Shown: piece by piece, positions 55,995-64,000 of the stretch
How positions within the stretch are numbered: the first letter of the stretch is position 1
Layout of the letters: each line of letters opens with the position of its first letter
Source of the DNA: an uncultured Nitrososphaeraceae archaeon
GTDB taxonomy: Archaea > Thermoproteota > Nitrososphaeria > Nitrososphaerales > Nitrososphaeraceae
NCBI GenBank assembly: GCA_963837175.1
Contig: CAWIMJ010000056.1
Span: forward strand, 1-64,000
DNA length: 64,000 bases
Direction: 5' to 3'
The notes under the pieces: model-generated
The model's input: the letters and a program-made list of their open reading frames with translations, nothing else
What the model was told of the DNA's origin: nothing
Databases searched by the model: none
Program-made: the position numbers and the translations under genes

Positions 55995-56552
55995 TTAGAT
56001 AACCTGCCATGGCCTTGTAGCAAAGGTCACTCCTAAGCCTGCTCCAATAAGAATTACCTGATAGGCTACATTACCCCACGGAACTGGCTTTAAGATTGCC
56101 TCACCAGTTACTTGTACCGTCTGTCCTGGACCAAGACCTGGGCCAACGCCTGCTATGTTCATCTGTGTATGCACGTGGTATACGCCTGGCTCAAGAGCTT
56201 TTGCTCTCAATTCATAAGGAATGGTTCCTTGAGCAGGAATCTCAAATACGTTTCCAGGTGGATCTCTTGAAATGAATTCCCACCTGTTTCCTGCATTAGT
56301 TGATTCGCTGAATAACGAGATCCATGCTCTAAGAGGTCTATTTACTAGACTCTGTAATGTACCCGATACTGTAATTTCATCACCTGTTTTGAGAGTTTGA
56401 GCCGAAAAAGTTTCGTCTTGAATACGTACGAATCTGCTTTGAAGCTGTGCCTGCACACCATGACCTTCTACGACCGGTATTAATGCCAATGCTGCAGAAA
56501 ACGCCATGACTGTTGCAAGAGCCGTGACGATTAGGGTGGTGCTTTTAATCAT
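55995..56552 (-). CDS. amoB: Ammonia monooxygenase subunit B
   Basis: Signal peptide then HGVQAQLQSRF; GVYHVHTQ; TFATRPWQVI. Confidence 0.98.
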   Translation of the reverse strand: MIKSTTLIVTALATVMAFSAALALIPVVEGHGVQAQLQSRFVRIQDETFSAQTLKTGDEITVSGTLQSLVNRPLRAWISLFSESTNAGNRWEFISRDPPGNVFEIPAQGTIPYELRAKALEPGVYHVHTQMNIAGVGPGLGPGQTVQVTGEAILKPVPWGNVAYQVILIGAGLGVTFATRPWQVI

Positions 56553-56634
56553 ACTATATATCTAGCCATAGGTAGAAAGACAAAGATATATGCTTTGCTG
56601 TAATCATGAATGAGTTCTATAGGTTAGATTAGCA

Positions 56635-56649
56635 ATAATGATTATCATT
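56635..56649. promoter_or_regulatory. Fur-box-like palindrome in the divergent amoB/amoC intergenic region
   Basis: ATAATGATTATCATT, containing the perfect 6-1-6 palindrome AATGAT-T-ATCATT; AT-rich context, so a chance match is possible. Confidence 0.3.
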
Positions 56650-56773
56650 GATGACTAATGGAATAAACTTAATAATATTATCGTTATAAGTGTATATTTA
56701 TGTATAAATTATAATACACTACGATTTTAATATAATTTATATGATAAAAACGATGCAAACAAATCTAACAACC

Positions 56774-56780
56774 TTATATA
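56774..56780 (+). promoter_or_regulatory. TATA box of amoC
   Basis: TTATATA ~30 nt before ATG 56810, with A-rich sequence upstream. Confidence 0.6.
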
Positions 56781-56809
56781 CAAGATCGATGAAACAATAT
56801 TGAAGAATC

Positions 56810-57373
56810 ATGGCACAAATGCCAGCGCTAATACCAAAAGAAGTAGAAATCCAACGACTGAAGAAGATCTACATCATGATAGTGATGCTGGGATCAATCG
56901 CAGCATCAGTAGAGGTAGATAACTTTGTCGATGGCTCACTGCATCAAACAGCTATCAGAGATAGTGCATTTACACCGGCACATTGGTGGTTATATAGTCA
57001 TTTCGTTGCTCTACCACTAGGATGGGGCTTCGTAGCAATGTACGATAGAAGAGTACCAATTCTTAGAGGTCCAAATAACTCTATGAACACGGGTTTGAAG
57101 ATAACCATTATTGGTTATTTAGCAACAATGTTCACTATCGGAATAAATGAACTGTGGCATTTCTGGTTCGTAGAGGAAATATTCTCAGTTCCTAACCACT
57201 GGATGTTTAACATGGGAGTCGTTGTGGCTTTCATGGGTGCTCTTGCATACGTTGTGAGAGTCTATGCGCGCATGGTAGAACTTGGTGCAGAAACACCAGC
57301 AAAGAATCCGTATGTAGCTGAAATGTACAAGCTAGCATTAGAAGGCAAGCTTTACAGTAGATCTATCCCATAG
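56810..57373 (+). CDS. amoC: Ammonia monooxygenase subunit C
   Basis: MAQMPALIPKEVEIQRLKK, VDNFVDGSLHQT..RDSAFTPAHWWLYSHF, NE.WHFWFVEEIF. Confidence 0.98.
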   Translation: MAQMPALIPKEVEIQRLKKIYIMIVMLGSIAASVEVDNFVDGSLHQTAIRDSAFTPAHWWLYSHFVALPLGWGFVAMYDRRVPILRGPNNSMNTGLKITIIGYLATMFTIGINELWHFWFVEEIFSVPNHWMFNMGVVVAFMGALAYVVRVYARMVELGAETPAKNPYVAEMYKLALEGKLYSRSIP

Positions 57374-57695
57374 GCTAGGGAAGATCAATCAACTACTAAT
57401 TCTAACTGGTTTCTTTATTTTTTTCTTTAATATTTACATTTTCAAAAATATTTTACATTATTTCGTAAGATTATTGTATCATCATCAAGATAGATATCCT
57501 AGTATTACCTAAGGAATTTACCTATGCTCGTCTAAATAACATCCGTCTCATCAATGAATGTATACGGCGTATTTGTGTAAATATGATTATTGATCGGTTA
57601 TTGGATTATTGAAAACATTTATCTTTGCAATCTATCTCTATCTTCGAACTTTATCATAGCAAAATTTAAAAAGGCTTGTTCTGATGTTAATATCA

Positions 57696-57983
57696 ATGAC
57701 TTTACCAAAAGGATGGGGTACTGGAGGAACAGGTGGCGAACGTAGAGACGATATTGAGCGTATGATTGGCCGAAGAGTTGAAAACATGAAAGGCGTATTT
57801 ATCTTAGGACTTGCGCTATGCTGGATAGCAACCGCAGGCGGAATTTATGTCGGTGTAACAGTCTATCCTTGGGCATATCCATTACCAAGTGGTATATATG
57901 CACTCTCTGTGCTAAGCGTTATTGAAATTTTAGGATTCATTTTCATTTGGAAGTTAGCAATGGAAAAACCTGTTCGGGCCTAA
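57696..57983 (+). CDS. amoX: Ammonia monooxygenase subunit X
   Basis: ERMIGRRVENMKG, YPWAYP; directly upstream of amoA; TATA TTTAAAAA at 57665 favours ATG 57696. Confidence 0.9.
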   Translation: MTLPKGWGTGGTGGERRDDIERMIGRRVENMKGVFILGLALCWIATAGGIYVGVTVYPWAYPLPSGIYALSVLSVIEILGFIFIWKLAMEKPVRA

Positions 57984-58125
57984 GGGTTTTCTTTTTTTAT
58001 CTAATTTTTCATATATCAGGATTCTATATTATGGATCCTTACTTGCAAATTCGATTAATCACTAAAACTCATTTTCGAGAAATTAAGGTAATATGTCGCT
58101 TGAATGATGCAATTTAATCTAAAAT

Positions 58126-58133
58126 TTTATATA
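58126..58133 (+). promoter_or_regulatory. TATA box of amoA
   Basis: TTTATATA ~24 nt before ATG 58157, with AAAA upstream. Confidence 0.65.
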
Positions 58134-58156
58134 TTACCTATAAGCGTAGGTTGGTA

Positions 58157-58807
58157 ATGGTCTGGCTTAGACGTACAACGCACTATCTGTTCATTGTTGT
58201 AGTTGCAGTAAACAGCACACTTCTGACTATTAATGCAGGGGACTATATTTTCTACACTGATTGGGCTTGGACTTCATTTGTAGTATTTTCGATTTCACAA
58301 TCTACTATGTTGGTTGTAGGAGCAATATACTACATGCTTTTTACAGGAGTCCCTGGAACCGCTACTTATTACGCGACCATCATGACAATTTATACCTGGG
58401 TTGCGAAGGGCGCCTGGTTCGCATTGGGATACCCCTATGACTTTGTCGCAGTGCCGGTTTGGATACCTTCAGCAATGCTATTGGACTTGACGTATTGGGC
58501 AACACGACGCAATAAGCACGCCGCAATACTTATTGGCGGTACGCTAGTTGGCCTATCGCTTCCAATGTTCAATATGATAAACCTTTTGTTAGTAAGGGAT
58601 CCGCTGGAAATGGCGTTCAAGTATCCAAGACCCACACTACCTCCCTATATGACTCCGATCGAGCCGCAGGTAGGAAAGTTCTACAATAGTCCTGTAGCCT
58701 TGGGAGCTGGCGCTGGAGCAGTGCTAAGCGTTCCTATAGCAGCTTTAGGTGCCAAATTAAACACGTGGACTTATAGATGGATGGCAGCATGGAGTAAATG
58801 GGACTAG
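58157..58807 (+). CDS. amoA: Ammonia monooxygenase subunit A
   Basis: MVWLRRTTHYLFIVVVAVNSTLLTINAGDYIFYTDWAWTSF ... YRWMAAWSKWD (216 aa). Confidence 0.99.
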   Translation: MVWLRRTTHYLFIVVVAVNSTLLTINAGDYIFYTDWAWTSFVVFSISQSTMLVVGAIYYMLFTGVPGTATYYATIMTIYTWVAKGAWFALGYPYDFVAVPVWIPSAMLLDLTYWATRRNKHAAILIGGTLVGLSLPMFNMINLLLVRDPLEMAFKYPRPTLPPYMTPIEPQVGKFYNSPVALGAGAGAVLSVPIAALGAKLNTWTYRWMAAWSKWD

Positions 58808-58881
58808 CCAAAACTCCCTTCTTTTATTTTATTTTCTTAAAGTCCTGATTAATCATAAACCTATACTAATATTATATTAGG

Positions 58882-59453
58882 TTAATTGTCTTTGTTCACT
58901 TAACTATAATCATCCCATTATGTATATCTACAGGCAAACAGATTAAACCAATTTTTAATGTGTTGTAGTTTACAATTATCTTTTTGGCATGGGAATAATC
59001 ATCAAAACTTTCAGTTCTACATTTTTTTATGTACTGAATGGTTCGCTCTATGATACTCTTTTCATAAGATGAATGAGGCTATGATGTTTTAATTTCAGAA
59101 ATTTGCAGGCTTGTGGATGATACCATGTACCACACCATATCATTAGAAGTGTATATTTTTCATATTTTCTAATCAACTCTTGAAGAAACCGTTCTGCAGC
59201 AACAAGATACTCCTTTCTAAAGAAATATGTATGTCAAGAATAATTACCTCCTCTATTGGTTCAATTGCAAGCGATAACCAGACAGACCAATTCTCTTCCT
59301 CCTACTCTAATTATTGTTTCATCTACAATGAATCCTGAAGTATGATGCATGGTAAATATATTTTGAAGGTGTTCTGCTTCTTTTAGATTTGACCATCTAA
59401 AAAAGTAGGATATCTTTAGCTATAGATTTATCGTTAAGTGAAGAGACAATTAA
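58882..59453 (-). mobile_element. Decayed, internally deleted IS6 element just downstream of amoA
   Basis: Inverted ends TTAATTGTCTTTGTTCACTTAAC / GTTAAGTGAAGAGACAATTAA; minus-strand fragments GTWY.PQACKFL, EKSIIERTIQYIK, RTESFDDY. Confidence 0.85.
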
Positions 59454-59485
59454 ATATGCTATTTATAATATAAATCCCTTGCGTA

Positions 59486-60460
59486 TCACGTTTGTTTGTC
59501 GACTCTCAGTTCTGCTAAGAGCTTGTCAATACTAGTGATTGCTTGGTTATACTGATCTGATACAGCTTGTTTAGAGGGCGGGTTTTCTATATAATCAGGT
59601 ATTCTAGCCTGTATTCTCTCTTGATAAGTCGGTATATGTTCATTTTGGTAAAATATCCCTATAGGTATTTTATTATTCCATTCATTTGATTTTTCAATTA
59701 CTTGTGCCATTTTATCATTAGTCTGATCTTCTTCGTGTATTACACCATCATATCCAATCTCATCTAGCTTGTACGTTCTTGGCATCTGCGTGTCTGTTTC
59801 AGGATTAATATTGTCTAATCCTTGGAACCATTCCCTTGTATTGATATCATTATAAGTTGGACACGGTTGCAATACATCTAGATACGCAAGACCTTTGTGC
59901 TCAATTGCTTTTCTGATGAGATCTTTTAAATGTCTGACATCATACGAATATCCTCTTGCAATAAACGTAAATCCTGCAATCAAAGCAAGAGCTATTGGAT
60001 TAACGGAATTGTTAACATTAGGTTGTGAAAGCGATTTGGTTTTCATACCTAATTTTAAAGTAGGTGCAGCTTGGCCTTTTGTTAACCCGTAGACTCCATT
60101 GTTGAATATAATGTAAGCCATATCTACATTTCTTCTACCCGCACCTACAAAATGGCCAGCGCCAATTCCCAAACCATCTCCGTCTCCTCCAACAGCTAAA
60201 ATTTCTAGTTCTGGATTAGCCAGCTTTGCACCTTGAGCGAATGGTAAAACTCTACCATGCAATGTGTGTATTCCATAAGTATGGATAAAGTGGGGTGTCT
60301 TCCCAGAACAGCCTATTCCCGAAAATATTGCTGCACGATGGTGAGGAATATGCATATCAAATAAAGCCATTTGAATAGCATTGAGTATACCGAAATCTCC
60401 ACAACCAGGACACCAATCGTTATGAACGTTTGTCTTGTAGTCTGCTAATTTAAGTGCCAT
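59486..60460 (-). CDS. 2-oxoacid:ferredoxin oxidoreductase beta subunit
   Basis: [45 protein letters not shown]. Confidence 0.97.
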   Translation of the reverse strand: MALKLADYKTNVHNDWCPGCGDFGILNAIQMALFDMHIPHHRAAIFSGIGCSGKTPHFIHTYGIHTLHGRVLPFAQGAKLANPELEILAVGGDGDGLGIGAGHFVGAGRRNVDMAYIIFNNGVYGLTKGQAAPTLKLGMKTKSLSQPNVNNSVNPIALALIAGFTFIARGYSYDVRHLKDLIRKAIEHKGLAYLDVLQPCPTYNDINTREWFQGLDNINPETDTQMPRTYKLDEIGYDGVIHEEDQTNDKMAQVIEKSNEWNNKIPIGIFYQNEHIPTYQERIQARIPDYIENPPSKQAVSDQYNQAITSIDKLLAELRVDKQT

Positions 60461-62420
60461 TGTCTAACACAATTCTCCTTGATGCTTTTCCATTTATTAT
60501 ATGCATTATAGCATTATAAATCTCACTTGAAGACATTGGTCGGCCATTGTATTTTACGATATTATAATTAATCTCACGCTTTAGGTTCTGTTTTATAAGT
60601 AATCCTAATTGTGATGAATAATTCATCTCAATATCTATCAAAACTTTTGTATTGTCTAACATTTTTTCCACTACTGCCGTAGGAAATGGATGTAACAACC
60701 TTAATTGAATGAATTTAATTTTCTTCCCCTCATACGTCAATCAATCCATAGCATCGAGAATTGCTCCCTTGGTAGAACCCCAACTTATTATTGTCAAACC
60801 AAATAAAGGGTCATTTTCACCATAGGCTACTGCTTTATCTTCATTGTCTATTTCACTTAAAGCAACATCTAGTTTACCCATTCTTTTATTCATCATTTTA
60901 ATACGCATTTCTGGATCTTCAGTAATATGACCTTCTTCTGTGTGTTCATCTCCTGTATTCCAGAATATTCCATTTTCAGTGCCGAGGCTTATACGTGGAG
61001 AAATTGGATTATCACTTAATTTAAATCTTAAATAGTGACCACCAATACCCGTCTCTTTCTCTTTTGATGGAGCAATATTTCGTAATAGTTGTCCTCTATC
61101 AATTTTAATTTTATATTGGTCGAACATTTTGCATGTCATTATGCTGTTTGCTATGGCTTTATCCAGCATATGGATGACAGGCATTTGATATTTTTCTGCA
61201 AAGTTGAATACTTTTATTGTATCATAAAAACTTTCTTCAATATCTCCAGAAGCGAAAACAATTTTTGGAAATTCTCCATGTCCTGCATTTACGGCAAATA
61301 ACAAATCGCCTTGTTCATGTCTGGTTGGGAGGCCGGTAGCAGGGCCCGCCCGTTGATATAATGAAACAACGAGTGGGACTTCATTCATTCCTGCCCATCC
61401 TAGTGCTTCTGTCATTAGCGAAAAACCAGGTCCTGATGTAGCAGTGGCTGAACGCACTCCAGTTAAAGCTCCACCTATTGCCATCGCAATAGCAGCTATT
61501 TCATCTTCAGTTTGAAGAACCACTAGAGAACCCTTCTCACCATTTCGCTGCTCAACTATCTGATTAGATTCTAAGAATTCGCTGTCATCGCTTGCTGGAG
61601 TTATGGGATAATATGTTTGGAACTTGCACCCTGCGATGATCTTTCCTAAACCTGATGATTGGTTTCCCTGCACTAGTATTATGTCGCCAGAAGGGGGTTT
61701 GCAGCTTAGAAGGAACTTACATTCAGATAAATCAAATTTCGATCTGCTATAATTATAGGCATAATTGGAGACAGAGATATTGCTCTCGGCAACTCTGGGC
61801 TTCGAACGGAAAACATATCTTATTGCGTTATTTAGTATATCAGAGTCAAAGTCTAAAATTGCCATTGATGCCGATAAAGCCATTACATTTACCATCCTTG
61901 TAAATTTGCTCAAAGAAGGGTCATTGATCTTTTCTGCAAATTCTTTTAGTACTTTAAGATATGGTATGCCGTAAACCAGAGCTCCATTATCCTTAGCATA
62001 ATCAATCATCCCTTGAATCGTCAATGGCTTACCAGCTTTTTCTAGCGCTTTAGATATTCTTACAGCGGCAAATTCATCAATGGTTGGGACTTCTTGAATG
62101 GCAGAATTAGCTAACTCTGAATTATAGATGATGGCTCCTCCATCTGTTACTTTATCCGCATGTCTGAATACTGTTTCGGCATCGAAGGATGCAAGTATAT
62201 CGATTTTATCAACATGAGAGCGAATTGGAGTATCTGATACTCCTACTGTAAAATAACTGTGTTCACCTTTAATGTTGGAATAAAATTCTCTCTTTCCAAA
62301 AATATGCAATCCACCCTGAGCACAGGCACGTGAGAATATATTGGCAGCAGAATCTACTCCACTTCCTTGAGCTCCTCCAATAACCCACGTTAAAGAGTTA
62401 GTAACTTTTGTTAGAGTCAT
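60450..62420 (-). CDS. 2-oxoacid:ferredoxin oxidoreductase alpha subunit with one in-frame TGA at 60741-60743
   Basis: [28 protein letters not shown]; reads [19 protein letters not shown]...LHPFP..IE.NYS.QL in one frame. Confidence 0.92.
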
Positions 62421-62494
62421 ATAGGCTGATTTTCGCAAGACGTGCTTTTAACGATTTGGAATTGAAAGAAAAAAGGTCATTATAAACTATTTGC

Positions 62495-62653
62495 TTATCC
62501 ACCACCAGTTACAGCATCATACAGACAACATTCACAACCATTTAATTCGCCACAATAGGGACATACGCACATGCAGGCTTCCAGTGGATTACCGCAATAA
62601 TCGCAGTTAGTTCCATCATTGTTAGAATCTGATTGTTTATTATTATTTGACAA
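62495..62653 (-). CDS. Cys-rich microprotein (9 Cys in 27 aa) ending in GGG
   Basis: CDYCGNPLEACMCVCPYCGELNGCECCLYDAVTGGG; likely TTG start 62653; co-oriented upstream of the OFOR genes. Confidence 0.7.
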   Translation of the reverse strand: MSNNNKQSDSNNDGTNCDYCGNPLEACMCVCPYCGELNGCECCLYDAVTGGG

Positions 62654-63425
62654 TTTTATATTAATAATGCTAATGTATTCAAAGTAATATAGATATCTGC
62701 TAGAAATGTATACTACTATCAATCAATTAAGAGGTGGATTAACCAGTTAGTCAAGTATATGACACTATAGTCTACTATTAAATAGCTGATGGTTACTTGA
62801 ATTATCTATTTCTATTATCTTCTTTGTCTTTGTGGTTAACTCGTATTGTTCATCCGGTTACCGGCTGCCCAGGTCCAATTCCAGGTGTTTGATTGCGGAT
62901 ATGACCAAGTACTACAGTTTTTCTTATGATAATAATAATAACATTTGTTATTCATATTCGTGGTTAGATTACTGATCATGATCTACTCTTGAAAAGCAAC
63001 CTATTGGATCTATCTCATTCTTATTCTTATTTTTATTCTTGAGTACAGACAATGTCGTATACTATTGGTTATAAACAGTTTTATATTTTCGAAAAAGAGT
63101 CTGCTTTATATTTTCAGTAAGGTCAGTAATTTCTTTTCTATCCTTCATATCATTTCTTCTCATTCTTTTGATTCCAAGAGAAGATAGTTCGCTTATCCAC
63201 CAGCCATATTTTTCTGGATGTTCTTTCTTGGTAAACATTATTACTTTATTCTGCTATTCATTATAAGACATTCGCCTAGGATTACTGAATGTACACTTCA
63301 CAATAATGGTGAAATAGACAGTCTGAGTATATAGGATTTTAATAACATTTTTTGTATCCATACAGCTAAAGTTGAAAAGAGAAGAAAAACTAATGTCTAT
63401 ATAGAGCGAACTAAGAAACTAAATT

Positions 63426-64000
63426 ATGACAATATCTCTTGTGGCAAATGAACTTGAGCCCAAGGGCATAAAACTGGGTAAATCAGAAAATGCAAAGATC
63501 GTTCGAGGCACTACGCTAATTAAGCGTGGTTTTGCTCATATGCAAAAGCATGGAGTAATAATGGATGTTACTAATGTCGAACAGGCACAGGTTGCAGAAG
63601 ATGCTGGCGCAGTTGCTGTAATGGTGTTGGATAAACTACCATACGATGTGAGAAAGGCTGGGGGAGTCGCTAGAACAGCAAGTGTTAAGATAATTCAGAA
63701 CATCATGGATGCTGTTACTATTCCTATTATGGCAAAGTGTAGAATTGGTCATATTGGCGAGGCTAAAGTACTTGAAGCAACAGGAGTAGATATGATCGAT
63801 GAAAGTGAAGTTTTAACTCCAGCAGATGAGGTCAGTCATATATGGAAGTGGGATTACACAACGCCATTTGTCAACGGAGCAAAGAACCTGGGTGAGGCAT
63901 TAAGAAGAATAGAAGAAGGGTGCGCTATGATTAGAACAAAGGGTGAACCAGGTACTGGTAACGTTGCTGAAGCTGTCACTCATATGAAAATGGTTAACAC
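63426..64000 (+). CDS. pdxS: Pyridoxal 5'-phosphate synthase lyase subunit (runs off the window)
   Basis: [54 protein letters not shown]. Confidence 0.97.
   Translation, partial: MTISLVANELEPKGIKLGKSENAKIVRGTTLIKRGFAHMQKHGVIMDVTNVEQAQVAEDAGAVAVMVLDKLPYDVRKAGGVARTASVKIIQNIMDAVTIPIMAKCRIGHIGEAKVLEATGVDMIDESEVLTPADEVSHIWKWDYTTPFVNGAKNLGEALRRIEEGCAMIRTKGEPGTGNVAEAVTHMKMVN

Noticed and set aside
6514-60743. Genome-wide TGA recoding or selenocysteine, suggested by two in-frame TGAs
   Set aside because: TGA ends many intact genes here (TMEM175, ADH, dodecin, malic enzyme, OFOR beta); the sites are not Cys-like positions; TAA and TAG breaks also occur in pseudogenes.
63063-63272. Minus-strand ORF fragment (MSYNE*QNKVIMFTKKEHPEKYGWW...)
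   Set aside because: Short, interrupted and without a recognisable motif.

Overview
This AT-rich window comes from an ammonia-oxidising archaeon; the amoA and amoC sequences and the lineage-specific small genes point to Nitrososphaeraceae. The first ~46 kb is an accessory region in heavy decay. It holds an intact IS5-family element with terminal inverted repeats (TIRs) and target-site duplication (TSD), a second IS5-like transposase, two IS6 elements, many frameshifted or nonsense pseudogenes (GSDH, uvsE, ZIP, FUN14, an ALDH stub), an orphan DNA methyltransferase, an RTX protein with a 21-bp tandem repeat, a hyaluronan-synthase-like GT2, a catalytically substituted SDR, a tRNA-3'-end (att-like) relic and several Cys-rich microproteins missed by the ORF track. 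The last ~17 kb is mostly core genome: rps3ae and RNase P genes, serS-pcc1-DHH-rps15, a contiguous six-gene ammonia monooxygenase cluster (amoZ, amoY, amoB, amoC, amoX, amoA), a 2-oxoacid:ferredoxin oxidoreductase whose alpha subunit is broken by one in-frame TGA, and partial pdxS, plus two further IS6 relics. All family calls rest on motif recognition only; no searches were run.
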